A stretch of 64,000 nt of DNA from an uncultured Nitrososphaeraceae archaeon (GCA_963825865.1 CAWGVG010000057.1:1-64000); one strand, 5' to 3'; positions 32,605 through 44,539 are shown, numbered from the stretch's first letter. Numbers and translations: made by a program. The notes: a model not told the origin generated them from the letters alone.

Positions 32605-32851
32605 ATCTGTTTCTCGATCTTTTGACAGGTTTAGAGAGAGAAATAAACTCCAATATTAACGGAAGTTGACAAATTGTTATCTTTATATAATTTTTGAGCT
32701 ATAAAGACATTATATTGCTTTTCCATGAAAACAATGGATAAACCAATTATGTAGTCCTACAAATAAATAAATAAATGTGTTTTTTATTCTGTTATTCCTT
32801 TCTTTCGTGAAATAGCTTGCTTTACTACAAAATGACAAGTTGAAACTATAT

Positions 32852-34799
32852 TTACGTCTTCCTTCTTTCAATAGTCGCATTACTGCAATCAATGCCTTTC
32901 CATATTATATCAAATCCTAATTTAGAAATAAGAGTAATATGACAAGATTCTGGAATACCATTTTTTGCAAGTAGTAGTTGGACATCATCAAATTTAACTA
33001 CGTTACCTAAAAGTAGCTCTAATTCCTTTACTTTGGATTTTAATATTAAATATCTGTCTACTATTATGTATTTACTATCGTTATCATCATTATTCTTCTT
33101 CTTTTTTTGTGATTCTTCTTCTGATTTAATGATTCTCAAAGCTGACTCAACTGGAATATTATATTTTTTGGCTATTTCATTAATCGATACAATACCGTTA
33201 TTAGAACTATCGACAATAATATGTTCGAGGTCCCTTAGTAAATCCATATAATTATTACTTGCAAATTTTTCTATCATTTCGTGGTCGATAGACTTCAAAT
33301 AATCCAAGATGTACCTAAGGGGCACATTGTCTTTTCTGTATAATATTAAATGATTTTTGTCTATGAAACCGGATAGTTTTGAGCTGGTTATCTTTTCCTT
33401 ATCGTTATAACTATTAGGAGTAGCATAATAGTCATTATTTACAGCTATCAGGAAATCGATTTTATTATAAGATACTGTCATGACATCTGTTATTTTTTGT
33501 ATTTTCCTTTCAAGATACTCTTTAGTCCAGAACCCAACTATCTCAAGATATATTTTTCTACCATGTTTTTCAAACATGAAGTCAGGGATAAGCGCTTTGC
33601 CATTAGATACAATCAGTGGGTCGGGTTCTCTTACTAACTTCCAACCATTGGCAGACTGCTCAAATCTGCTGGCGAATTTTTCTTCTATATTGCTGTCAAA
33701 GTGAATGGCAGTAGCATCATAAGTCGGAAACTCATTCTTTTCTTTATTATCTTTGTTATCATTTTTTTCTATATCTCGATAAGGCTCTTTTAGCAAAGTA
33801 GGAGATTCTACATTTGAAATTTCAAATTCATAAATCTTCTTACCAGATGACATAGTCTTCCTCACAATCCAAGCCTTAATGGACCATGTTTCAGCAGAAA
33901 TTATTGATGGGAGTAATTTTGCTATAGATGTTCCATATCTGTCAGTTAATTTGAAGATGCTCAAAGGACCATCTATAGAACAGACAATTATGGTATTGTT
34001 TTTCATACTATCGCCATATGCTTTTACGTCAGTAGTCTCCTTCATTTGTTGGTGCACCTGTTTTGGTTCTTCTTTGCGCTCTAATGTCTGCATCTGCAGA
34101 TTGTACATTAGCCCAAGTCTCTTTACATCCCTCAATATACGCTTCCAGTTTGATCCCCCATGCACATAGAACTCTAGCTTTGTGCAATTGAATAACAAGG
34201 TCTGCATCAATGATAGGTTATACCATGCTATTAGTTGTTCTGGGCTTATTTTGTAAAATTGCTCCAGTATCATATTTTCTTCTAAATCACTCCACATGTC
34301 ATCTGCTATATTGTCAGCAGATGCACACAATCTTGACGCAACTGTGTTCATTATTTCCGCTCTCTCATAATTTGTCAAGGCAAATCCTCTCTTTGAGGAT
34401 TCTTCAAATAGAATCTTTTCTGATAGTGAATGGTTCAATATATGTAGTATTGACAGTAGCAATGTTATTGCTACCAGCATCATTGTTGATATTGTTACCG
34501 ATGTTGTTTATTCTTGTAGTAAAACTTCGCTTACTTCTAAAGACACATCTTCTTTCAAGGAGAGTGTAAAATCCTCTTACAAGTTTATAACTATCATACT
34601 GAGATTCCATAAGGGAAATTCTTTCTGCAAGCGAACCGTTTCTGTCTTTCTTCTTTGAGGATTCTTCAAACTCTTCAATGATCTTTCCAGCTAATTGCAG
34701 TTGTTCGGCAAACTTTTCATCAACAGATGTACAAAACAGAGGAGCTATATTTTTTCCCTTCTTTGTTATTCTAATTCTAAGTAATTGAAGTGGTAGCAT
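32852..34799 (-). CDS. bax1: DUF790 / Bax1 endonuclease (one frameshift)
   Basis: MLPLQLLR, YKLVRGF, YNLSLMQTLL, DGPLSIFKLTDRYG, FDSNIEEKF and IPDF...LEIVGFWT motifs. Confidence 0.88.
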
Positions 34800-34992
34800 A
34801 TCCTTCTAATATCTACTCCTTCCTCTTATTTCTGCTATATACTAAACCTAATACAGAAATTGAATAACTATTTGCAGGAATTAATATTGTACTTCTCATG
34901 CTTGCAGCAATAGGAATAATGGCATTTGCCTATCCATATTTTTATATATACTTGAATATTGATTTGTAGACATAAGATAGTGATGATATATC

Positions 34993-35319
34993 ATGACAGT
35001 AGATGAAAGATTGTTACAATTCCTGAAGGAAGGCAAGGACTGGGAAAGAAAGGCTACTAGTATAGCAGGAGTATTTCTGCTAAAAATGCCTACATTTAAG
35101 GGAAGGCCTGCATCTCTGGCCGTAGAGATAAATCCTGTAGATTCTTCTGGTTTGACCTCTAAGAAGAGAGGCGTCGTAGTAAGATCAGGAATAGAGCTAG
35201 AAGAAATCAACCGGCTACTCTCTAACTCGAAACTGGTCCAATTGGCAAAGAGTATAGATGAAGTTAATCCTGAAAAGAGGCTATCTCTAAAGAGCGAAGG
35301 CGACATATTCGAGATCTGA
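34993..35319 (+). CDS. Conserved archaeal hypothetical protein
   Basis: 108 aa with DWER..TS..GVFLLKMP and LAVEINP. Confidence 0.75.
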   Translation: MTVDERLLQFLKEGKDWERKATSIAGVFLLKMPTFKGRPASLAVEINPVDSSGLTSKKRGVVVRSGIELEEINRLLSNSKLVQLAKSIDEVNPEKRLSLKSEGDIFEI

Positions 35320-35429
35320 CCGAAGAATCTATGAGTGCTTCAACTTGCTTTTTTTAATATTGAATTTTTAATAAAAATACATATATGATGTTAGCTGGTA
35401 GCTGTAGATGATTTATTTATATTTACTAT

Positions 35430-37676
35430 ATGTGTTCATCAGATACTGATGTGAATAATTCTCAGCCAGCTGCTGAACCATCGTCTGTACATATAGGGCA
35501 TCCGCTTATATGGGATAGTTCTATAGAGTTAAGACTCTATCAGAAGAACATAGCAGAATCAGCCTATCGCAGAAACACAATGGTGATTCTTCCAACTGCA
35601 CTAGGCAAGACAGTGATATCTCTGCTTGTATGTGCGGACATGCTTTACAATTACAGGGATAGACGGATCTTGATGATGGCACCTACAAGACCTCTTATAT
35701 CACAACATATGAAATCCTTCTCTTCGATTTTGAAAATTTTAGATGAACAAGTAGCAGGTGTTACTGGCAAGACTCCTCCCGAAGCCAGGAGAGCAGTATG
35801 GGATAAGAAGGATAGTAGACTAATTTTCGCCACACCTCAAGTTGTGAAAAATGATCTAGAGGAAGGCAGACTTCATTTACGGGATTTTAGCTTGCTAGTC
35901 TTTGACGAGGCTCACAGAGCAGTCAAAGATTATGCTTATACTTCAATAGCTAAGGAATACATCAATCATTCATCTTGTCCTGTCATACTAGCTATGACTG
36001 CTAGCCCTGGAGCTGAAAGAAAGAGGGTGCAAGAGATATGTGATAACCTCTTCATTGAGCATGTAGAGTACCGTAGTGAAGATGCACCTGATGTAAAACC
36101 ATATGTTAACCCAATAGATGTTAAATGGGAGAAGTTTGACCTTCCAGAAGAATATCGGTACATTATATCAACACTAAGATCTATGCTCGATGAGAGATTA
36201 AGGTGGCTTATTCAAAGAGGGATACTCCGAAAGAAGAGTATTGAATGGGTCTTTAAGAGAGATTTAATAGAGGCAGGAGAGGCTCTTCGATATAGACTGG
36301 AGCTTACGATGGAAGAGCAAAGACCGCCATTGTATAATGCCATTATGAACCAGTCCTCTGCTTTGACGCTGATGTATTGCCTTGAGCTAATGGGAAGTCA
36401 AGGATCTTATTCATTGAAAGCGTTCCTAGATAGAATGGAGGAAGATGGAGGAAAGACACATTCGTTGCTTCTCAAGGATCCTCGAATCATTGAGATTAAA
36501 GTACTGATAGCAGGTATCACAAAGGAACATCCAAAGATCCAACGGCTAGCAGAGCTAGTAAAAGAACATCATTCGTATGTCAGAGATCGAAGAACTAGTT
36601 CTAATTCAAAGGTTTTGGTATTTACTCAATATAGAGATACTGCTAGACATATAGTAGATATCTTATCAAGAAATGGTATCCCGTCTTCTAGGTTTGTCGG
36701 ACAGGCAAAGAGGCAGGGAGACGAAGGAATGAAACAGGATGAGCAGGCATCTGTTCTTGAATCTTTCAAGAATGGTGAGTTTGACGTACTTGTGGCTACA
36801 TCTATAGCTGAAGAGGGACTTGACATACCTGAAGTAGACCTAGTTGTATTCTATGAACCTATACCTAGTGAAATACGATATATCCAAAGAAAAGGTAGGA
36901 CAGGAAGAAAATCAGCTGGCATGGTGACTATACTTGCAGCTAACGATACTGTAGACATACGTCACCTCTACGCTAGTAATCAACGAGCAGAAAAGATGAA
37001 GAAGTCTTTGAATATGATCAATACAGTCCTAAAACCCATTAATAGAGCATTCTTGGGGCCAAATCCTATGACCTCCGAAGAATTATCTATCCTCGAGAAT
37101 AGAAGACGAAGACTGGACGAACGTCTAGGCAAAACAGTTGAATCAGAACTTGATAAAGGCAGGTTATTGGATACCGAGATTGCAAACAGAACAAACCAAC
37201 TACGTGAAAGCAAGAAACAGACCTCGTTGTTGCTTGAAGCAGAGTTGGTGACTGGTAACTTCATGAGACAAGTATACAGGGCCGCAAGGAGTATTCATTC
37301 TGAGTTGGCAAAGGCTGGAAGACGTGGGATTGATGTTGACATACTCCGTGACAATCTTGCTTTTGAATATCCTGTGTTGATTGAAGCATTAAAGAAACTT
37401 GAAAAGCTGAGGAGGATAGAGTGGCTAGATGATACTACCGTCGTAATACCAGATAGTTTGAAACAAGTTCCCGGTAAAATATATGTTATATATGTGGAGA
37501 AGATTGTACAGGGCAAAGCACTTGTGATAGTAGACGATAAGTGGCATGCAAGGTTGAACCACTACGACTATGAAGGTCCAAGGGAGCTTTTAAAGAGCGG
37601 ATCAGAGCTTAGAGTTATCGGAGAACTATATCATGACGATGGGGTATTGAATATAAGGGTAAAACAAATAGTCTGA
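35430..37676 (+). CDS. hef: Hef/FANCM-like DEAD/DEAH helicase lacking an obvious ERCC4 nuclease domain
   Basis: LPTALGKT, DEAHRA, TASPG, FVGQ, ATSIAEEGLD and QRKGRTGR motifs. Confidence 0.88.
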   Translation: MCSSDTDVNNSQPAAEPSSVHIGHPLIWDSSIELRLYQKNIAESAYRRNTMVILPTALGKTVISLLVCADMLYNYRDRRILMMAPTRPLISQHMKSFSSILKILDEQVAGVTGKTPPEARRAVWDKKDSRLIFATPQVVKNDLEEGRLHLRDFSLLVFDEAHRAVKDYAYTSIAKEYINHSSCPVILAMTASPGAERKRVQEICDNLFIEHVEYRSEDAPDVKPYVNPIDVKWEKFDLPEEYRYIISTLRSMLDERLRWLIQRGILRKKSIEWVFKRDLIEAGEALRYRLELTMEEQRPPLYNAIMNQSSALTLMYCLELMGSQGSYSLKAFLDRMEEDGGKTHSLLLKDPRIIEIKVLIAGITKEHPKIQRLAELVKEHHSYVRDRRTSSNSKVLVFTQYRDTARHIVDILSRNGIPSSRFVGQAKRQGDEGMKQDEQASVLESFKNGEFDVLVATSIAEEGLDIPEVDLVVFYEPIPSEIRYIQRKGRTGRKSAGMVTILAANDTVDIRHLYASNQRAEKMKKSLNMINTVLKPINRAFLGPNPMTSEELSILENRRRRLDERLGKTVESELDKGRLLDTEIANRTNQLRESKKQTSLLLEAELVTGNFMRQVYRAARSIHSELAKAGRRGIDVDILRDNLAFEYPVLIEALKKLEKLRRIEWLDDTTVVIPDSLKQVPGKIYVIYVEKIVQGKALVIVDDKWHARLNHYDYEGPRELLKSGSELRVIGELYHDDGVLNIRVKQIV

Positions 37677-37778
37677 ATAAAAGAATGTAAATAATGTGTT
37701 TTTTTAATTAATATATTATGATATGACATAAAATGCGGATATATTTCATTCCAATCTTTTTCGACTATCTACTTATAG

Positions 37779-37853
37779 CGGGCCCGATGGGCTTCGATCC
37801 CACGACCTGCGGTTCCGAAGACCGCCGCGATATCCTGACTACGCTACGGGCCC
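37779..37853 (-). tRNA. tRNA-Arg (anticodon TCG)
   Basis: GGGCCCGTAGCGTAGTCAGGATATCGCGGCGGTCTTCGGAACCGCAGGTCGTGGGATCGAAGCCCATCGGGCCCG folds as a cloverleaf with anticodon arm GCGGT-CTTCGGA-ACCGC. Confidence 0.95.
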
Positions 37854-38230
37854 AAGTAAGGTTCGTTGAGACCCGCCCTATATCAATCGAACTATTCGTG
37901 AATAGATTCTGTAGATCAATCTTTTATACTGATATTAATAAACAGGCTAACTAAAATATGTAAAAAAACCTTTGTTTTAGGTTCCTGCTTGTTTCATATG
38001 CCCTAGGAATTGCTAGGAAGTTGTTTCCTCATCTAAAGAAATACGCATAGAGAATTGGATATTTGTCTTCTAAATCTAATTTATTAAATTCACAAATATT
38101 TGTTATAATGCGTGTGTGCAATCATGGCCTTGAAAATTATATGAGTAATAATATTAAATGGAAGCAATGTTACGTTTATAATTAATACATAACAATTTAT
38201 CTCGGTAAATTTTTCATTTAATATATTTAA

Positions 38231-39419
38231 TTGAAAGTTTCTGATAGGACATGTGGAGTAGAATATGCTATACGCGATATCATTTCATATGCAAGAAAGT
38301 ATGAAAGCACTGGAAAACAGATAATCTACCTCAATATCGGAGACCCTGTAAAATATGATTTTAGAACTCCTGAACATATCAAACGTGCATTAATCGACGC
38401 CGTCGAGAACAATAAAAACTACTATGCAGAATCAGAAGGACTGCCGGAGCTAAGAAAAGCTATTGTAGAAAAAGAGTCTCAAAAAGGACTCTCAGTAACC
38501 GAAGAAGATGTGTTGGTCACTAATGGTGTTTCCGAAGGCCTTGATATGACTATGGCTTCGATAATTGATCCTAATTCAGAGGTTCTCATGCCCGGACCAT
38601 ATTATCCACCTTACGCATCATATGTCAAATTTTATGGAGGAAAACCTGTTGAATTTAAACTGCATGAAGATGGTAAACCTGATATGGAAGATATAATGTC
38701 CAAAATTACTTCCAAATCCCGTGCAATGTGTATAATTAGCCCAAATAATCCCACCGGTGAAGTTTTTGATCGTAAAAGTCTGCAACAGCTAATTGATATT
38801 GCAGCCGAGCACGATTTGTATGTGATCTGTGACGAAATCTATGACAAAATTGTTTTTGGAGATCAATTTACTGGGATTGGCAAAGTGGCAAAAGATGCTC
38901 CAGTGATTTTGCTTAATGGTTTTTCTAAAGCATACTTGATGACCGGCTGGCGATGTGGCTATATTTGTACAAATGGTAATTCCAGAAAACTCAATGAGAT
39001 ACGTAAAAATATACCAAAACTTGCTCGAGTACGTATTTCTACCAATTTACCTGTTCAGATAGCTGCCAGTACAGGCGTTGCAAGGCCCACAAGATCATAT
39101 CAAAGAGATGGTGGAGAAATTACGCAGACGAAGAGATTATGTAGTAAGGAGTCTAAACGCAATAGAAGGAATTTCATGTAAGATGCCCCAAGGTGCTTTC
39201 TATGTATTTCCAAAAATTAACCTGGATTCTCGTTGGAAAGATGATAAGCAATTTGTTCTTGATCTTCTTAATGACACAGGAGTTCTAACAGTACACGGAT
39301 CAGGATTTGGGACGGCGTTTGGTGCAGGTCATTTTAGAATAGTTTATCTTCCTACAGAAGAGGTCCTTGTGCAGGCAATGGATAAACTGGAGCATTTTAT
39401 ATATAAATCAAGCAAATAA
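38231..39419 (+). CDS. Class I/II PLP aminotransferase (AlaA-like), one frameshift near 39070
   Basis: LNIGDP, PNNPTG, DEIY, SKAYLMTGWRCG and PQGAFY motifs. Confidence 0.92.
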
Positions 39420-39447
39420 TTAAAAGTGGTTTCAACATGTTGTATCA

Positions 39448-40368
39448 GTGAACTTGTCTATTTCAAGGACGCCATCGTGGCAGAGGCGGGATAGTGGCCT
39501 AACCGCTAGGATAATTCTTAGTTTCGCTATACTATCATTTCTATATCTCATATTCCTCAGTATACTTGTATATGTTGGGCTTGATTTTATTTCTATAACT
39601 GTAATAGCATCAATAATGATTGTTTTACAATGGTATTTCTCTGACAAGATAGTCCTTTGGAGTTCTGGAGCAAAGATAGTCACACGGGAACAATTTCCAA
39701 AATTACATGATATTATAGAGAGAATTGTTGCAAGAAATAATCTTCCAAAGCCAAAGATAGCTGTAATTAATACTAATATGCCTAATGCTTTTGCAACAGG
39801 TAAAGGACCTAAGAGTTCGGTAGTTGCTGTAACTACTGGTATTATAGATCTACTGGATATAGAGGAGTTAGAAGGCGTAGTGGCACACGAGCTGACACAT
39901 ATTAGAAATAGAGATGTATTGGTTTTAACTCTTGCAAGCGTGTTCTCTACCGTTGCTTGGTATCTTATGCAGTTTGGATTCTACGGCGGGATGGGCTATG
40001 GATATGGCGGTGGTAGGGATCGCAATAATAACGGTGGTGGTATGATACTTGTAATAATTGGAGCAATGCTAACATGGATTATCAGTTTTCTGATTATCCG
40101 GGCAATATCTCGATACAGAGAATTTGCTGCAGATAGGGGATCTGCACAACTGACGGGAAAACCTGTGAAATTGGCTAATGCTCTAATGAAGATTAGTGGT
40201 ACTATGAAGCAGGTGCCTACAAAAGACTTGCGACGAGTAGAAGGATTAAATGCATTTTTTATTATTCCAGCTGTCACTGGTAGCACAATTGGAAATCTTT
40301 TCTCTACCCATCCTCCAGTTGAAAAGAGAATACAGAAACTCATGGAGATGGAGGCTTCCATGAGTTGA
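39448..40368 (+). CDS. htpX: Zinc metalloprotease HtpX (M48)
   Basis: PNAFATG, HELTH, SRYREFAAD and FSTHPP motifs. Confidence 0.95.
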   Translation: MNLSISRTPSWQRRDSGLTARIILSFAILSFLYLIFLSILVYVGLDFISITVIASIMIVLQWYFSDKIVLWSSGAKIVTREQFPKLHDIIERIVARNNLPKPKIAVINTNMPNAFATGKGPKSSVVAVTTGIIDLLDIEELEGVVAHELTHIRNRDVLVLTLASVFSTVAWYLMQFGFYGGMGYGYGGGRDRNNNGGGMILVIIGAMLTWIISFLIIRAISRYREFAADRGSAQLTGKPVKLANALMKISGTMKQVPTKDLRRVEGLNAFFIIPAVTGSTIGNLFSTHPPVEKRIQKLMEMEASMS

Positions 40369-40958
40369 GTTTCTTTCGAAAATTCAGAAAGAGTATTAAC
40401 AACAATAAGCCAAAAACAGATTCTGATGCGATATTTTCGCTCTCTTCAGCATACATTACCATGGAAACTAAACTTGGTTTGAAAAACACTAGTAGATGTG
40501 CTGTGAGTCTCAAAAGTGTTAGCGGAATGTATTTTACCGAAATGAAAGATGATATACAGCGATTTCTTAACGCCAGCAAAGCCGAATTTGAATTGTCTTA
40601 TAATATAGTTACTGATTCTTATGGTTATCTTTGGGTAATACTTCAAGGGAAGAGTATGGAAGATATTCTAGCACAGCTAATTGCGGTCGGAGATACTATA
40701 CAGGATAAAGGATTTTCCAGCCAGTTACTTGCTGCAATATTTGAATTTAGTAATGAGGGGAAAAATAATAACAACAAGAATCACCGTCAGTATTTAATTT
40801 ATAACTATAAGTATAACAAGTTTTATCCTTTTGTTCCTATTGGTTCGGAAATAAGAAATACGGAGGAAGAGATGAGAATAATGGCTGAAATAGCAGATGA
40901 AGTACCCTTCGAAAGAGACATGACCCTCTGGTATCCTCTCTGGGATTTGCCACTTTAA
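40365..40958 (+). CDS. PspA-associated protein PspAB-like
   Basis: Overlaps the htpX stop. Contains DSYGYLWV, GFSSQLLAAIF, LIYNYK..FYPF, R..EE and WYPLWD. Confidence 0.75.
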   Translation: MSFFRKFRKSINNNKPKTDSDAIFSLSSAYITMETKLGLKNTSRCAVSLKSVSGMYFTEMKDDIQRFLNASKAEFELSYNIVTDSYGYLWVILQGKSMEDILAQLIAVGDTIQDKGFSSQLLAAIFEFSNEGKNNNNKNHRQYLIYNYKYNKFYPFVPIGSEIRNTEEEMRIMAEIADEVPFERDMTLWYPLWDLPL

Positions 40959-40960
40959 CC

Positions 40961-41547
40961 TTAAATTGCTGGGACTACACCGTCGCCCTTGAAGAGATTC
41001 TTTGCTTCGTCAATTGTAAGATCAGCACTAGGCAAGATAATGTCAGATTGGATGATTTCTTTTGAATCGAGTGGTTTTCCATTTTTCTCCACAATATTTG
41101 TCAGTTCTATTAAGCGTTTTTTAAATTCAGCGTCATCTGATTCTATCTTGGTTTACTAATTGGACGATAGAGTCGTCAATTTCGTTAAGTTTTTTTAAAG
41201 TTTCGTTGTCTACAGTAAACTGACCCTGTCCCATAATTCTAACAATCTTGCTTTTTCTAACTGGTTTAGATATTGTAGAACTTGCTCTTTTTGCTGCTTT
41301 AGCAGCTACTTTCTTTTTCTTATTGGACATCATATCTTTTCTTTTTGTAAATCCCCCCATTTTTTTAGATGACGTATTCTTTTTATTTCTCGTTTCAGGT
41401 ACGTGTTCTTTTTAATTTAGGTGTAGATCTTTTTTCTTTCTTAGTATTATGAAGTTTTGTTTTCTTTAACGCCTTTTGCTTCTTATCCCCTGATATTGTC
41501 TTTTTTGTGGTTTTGATTCCTTTTTTCATAGATTTAGTACGGTTCAT
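40961..41547 (-). CDS. PspA-associated protein PspAA-like, with Lys-rich N-terminal extension (frameshifts)
   Basis: IVRIMGQGQF...LNEIDD, then in another frame SDIILPSADLTIDEAKNLFKGDGVVP. Confidence 0.75.
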
Positions 41548-41597
41548 TGTTTGTACCTTTGTCCCTCCTCTACTATCTGTCTCTTTTTACGTGCCTT

Positions 41598-41703
41598 CTA
41601 TGCCTTTAACTTTGCTAATTCTTCCTCAATTGATCCTTTTATTGTAGTTTCTTCTAGTTCTCTTTCAATAATGTCATCTTTATTTGAGGTATACTCTGCA
41701 GGA
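41598..41703 (-). pseudogene. pspA: C-terminal stub of a PspA/IM30 protein
   Basis: EYTSNKDDIIERELEETTIKGSIEEELAKLKA*, preceded by in-frame stops and sitting directly upstream of pspAA. Confidence 0.65.
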
Positions 41704-41764
41704 CTTTGAAATTATAATAGCTTGATTCTTTATTAAAGATGAGTAAAGATATCGAGCATATATA

Positions 41765-42073
41765 TTATCTATAATTAGACCTGTTCCATTCGTGTTCATC
41801 AGCTGGCCCATAATCCTCTTTCTTCCTGAAGTAGCCCCAATAAAGTAGAATCCCGCCTCCAACTATCATCGCAATTACAAATTTCTCATTATTAATCTGT
41901 CCATTAGTGTAATTATCTAGGTAAAATCCAAAGGAGAGTTGAGTGCTAACCACATAGAGATTTCTTAATGCAATTATAACGGCCATTACAATGAAGAGGA
42001 TTCCCATTGCAGACATCCAATTTCTTCCACGGCGGTTTTCTCTTCCCCCTCCTCTCCTTCTATAATAACCCAT
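41765..42073 (-). CDS. Small 2-TM hypothetical protein
   Basis: Arg/Gly-rich N-terminus and two hydrophobic helices. Confidence 0.7.
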   Translation of the reverse strand: MGYYRRRGGGRENRRGRNWMSAMGILFIVMAVIIALRNLYVVSTQLSFGFYLDNYTNGQINNEKFVIAMIVGGGILLYWGYFRKKEDYGPADEHEWNRSNYR

Positions 42074-42078
42074 TACTT

Positions 42079-42754
42079 TTACACTAATCTAATTCCTATG
42101 TTTTTCATTTTATTTCTTTTTGCTGCATTTAGTAACATTGGTGTTAGGATTTCTGCCTGATATGTCATGGATAATGGGCCCAGATAGATAGAACGAAGAC
42201 CATTAATTTCAGAAATCAAATTGTTTAATGTCGCTATTACATTCTGATCATCGCTCGCAAACAAATGTATCTGAATCTAGACTTTGTTTTACATTTTTCA
42301 GTTTTATCTCGGAGATTGTATGAAATGCTGAAACAACTCTGGATCTGGGAGCCAAATTATCTGCTACCATGTCTGCAGCCGGTCTTTTACCTTGTTCAAG
42401 CGGAATGTAAACAAAACCTGCATCGATTCTAGCCATCGGCACAATTGGAGATACTACAATACAATCACTCCTAATTTCTTTTCCAAGTCTGCTACATGTA
42501 TCTTTGATATGTTCATATGGAATGGAGAGAATAAGCAAATCAGAATATTTAGCCACTGCAAAATTATCGTCACCTGCAATACTGCCTGTCATACTATTTT
42601 CATAGGCTATCCGAGCCAACCTTGTATAATTTTCTGCTGCTTCTTTTGCCTTCTGTGGCTCTCTTGAACCTACAATAATATCATGTCTGAAACACCATCT
42701 GAGCGCGAAACCTTCACCCATACCCCCAGTACCCCCAATTATTCCTATCCTCAT
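42079..42754 (-). CDS. npdG: NADPH-dependent F420 reductase (one frameshift)
   Basis: IGIIGGTGGMGEGFALR, IVGSR, VSAFHTIS and GPLS...E..TP.L motifs. Confidence 0.9.
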
Positions 42755-42917
42755 AAGATATAATTCAGTTCGCAGAAGATTGGATATTAAGGTTATCAGA
42801 ATGTGGTAGGGTCTGCGATGTAATTTGAGATTATATATATATATAGATGTATGAAAATTTTGTCATTACTATTCATTATAACAGTGAAAATTAATATTAT
42901 AATTATGCAGACTTTTA

Positions 42918-43548
42918 ATGAATTTGCCGCTGGCAATCTTTATGCGTCACGGACAGGCTGATAACAACGTCAATAGGATCCTTGTAGGTCGATATGTTGA
43001 GTCACACCTTACCGAATATGGCAAACAGCAAGTAGCCGACACAGCAAAACATTTGAAAAATGTGCCAATCGGAAAAGTATATGTAAGTCCTGTGATCCGA
43101 GCTGTGGAAACTGCAAAGATTGTTTGTAAAACTTTAGGAATAAACTATCAAATTGATGAGCGATTATATGAGATTGAGCTTGGCAAACTAGTTGGCATGA
43201 ATTTCGAAGATATAATTCAAAAGTATGGAAATTTATTCTTAAAATTCTACACCGAAACCGACTCAACGCTAACATGCTACGGAGTTGAGACTTTTGGCTC
43301 TGTGAAACTAAGAATAAAACATTTGCTTGATGAAATAGTGGAAAACCACCAAGACAAAAATGTACTGAATGATCACCCATCTAGATCCAATCAAAGCTGC
43401 GATTTCTATTTTACTTGACTTAAAATCTCAAGCATTATATCAATGGCATATACGGAATGCAGCGCTGACGATTTTAAAACATGAGAGCAAAATTTACTCT
43501 CTTTCTGGGGTCAATGTAATGGGTATGTATCGCTATGCTAACGAATGA
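42918..43548 (+). CDS. Histidine phosphatase (phosphoglycerate mutase family), one frameshift
   Basis: RHG, LTEYGKQQ, SPVIRAVETA and DERLYE, with TH-LDPIK after the shift. Confidence 0.88.
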
Positions 43549-43862
43549 TTTGTTGATTCTGTTAAATATTTCTTCTTTTGATAATATTCCGTTACATTTT
43601 ATACTTCGTTTTCGATAAGCTTGAGAATGAATCTCATAGAGGACTTGAAAAATTGGTTATATTGTGCTCTCCATGATAAACGGAGTAGAAACAATAAACG
43701 ATTTTTTTTAGCAAACCTCACTTAAATCCAGAATTAGTTATTAAGACAAGAAAAATATCCAGCGGAATAGATAGCCATACACTAAATGCATTTGTTTTAA
43801 AGTCCAAAATATCAAATGATGGTCGACGTTCCTCACAAAACACACGTATAAATAAAAAATAG

Positions 43863-44186
43863 ATGGTCATAACAGATGGTTTAGAACCCCATCCTTGGAT
43901 AGTAATTGGCACAGATGGAGATTATGCTAAACCAAAACAAATTCAAGAAATAACAATTATGCGTAATGAACATGCTCAAACTCATATTGCCACTCTTATA
44001 CCAGCAAACAACTACGCTGTTGTCAACACATTAAACAATCGAGAGGGGTATGCATTGGAATTGGATAAGCAATATGATGTAACAATCAGCGTTACTGGAG
44101 ATTTCCAAGAGATAAAATGGTGGTTCACTATGAAACCAAAATCAAATGGAGAATTTGAATTTTCTAAAGCTGACGAAATCTACTGA
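43863..44186 (+). CDS. Hypothetical protein (possibly the 3' part of a broken gene starting ~43600)
   Basis: 107-aa ORF with coding-like DNA upstream that contains a stop. Confidence 0.4.
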   Translation: MVITDGLEPHPWIVIGTDGDYAKPKQIQEITIMRNEHAQTHIATLIPANNYAVVNTLNNREGYALELDKQYDVTISVTGDFQEIKWWFTMKPKSNGEFEFSKADEIY

Positions 44187-44455
44187 TTTCTATTACTGGC
44201 ATTCTGAATCAATGTAATCCACTTATTATCTCCTTTAATTGTAATCCCTATTTTTTAGCAGGAGTCATTCCGTTTAACCCTTCATGCGGTTTAACAATGA
44301 TTGTGAAATATTTGATATCCACATAAAATTGGAGTATCCGCCTTTTCTAGTTCTCTCATAGTTTTCTCTCGGTCTCTAACTTCACCATTTAAACGTTCCA
44401 TTTTGTTGTTATTGTGGTATCCCTGCAATCTAATGTGCCTTACACGATGGAAGAT
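44181..44455 (-). mobile_element. C-terminal remnant of a DDE-type (IS6-like) transposase
   Basis: HRVRHIRLQGYHNNNKMERLNGEVRDREK...YQIFHN..KPHEGLNGMTPA...GDNKWITLIQNA. Confidence 0.75.
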
Positions 44456-44539
44456 TGCTACTATTTTATATGAAGTCTTACATCGACTAACAGTTTTTTG
44501 ATTATGATTATATAATCGCGTTGCTATACGAGAATTATA

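Noticed and set aside
37779-37853. tRNA-Arg as an integration site
   Set aside because: I saw no duplicated tRNA 3' end or adjacent integrase, and the flanks are core genes.
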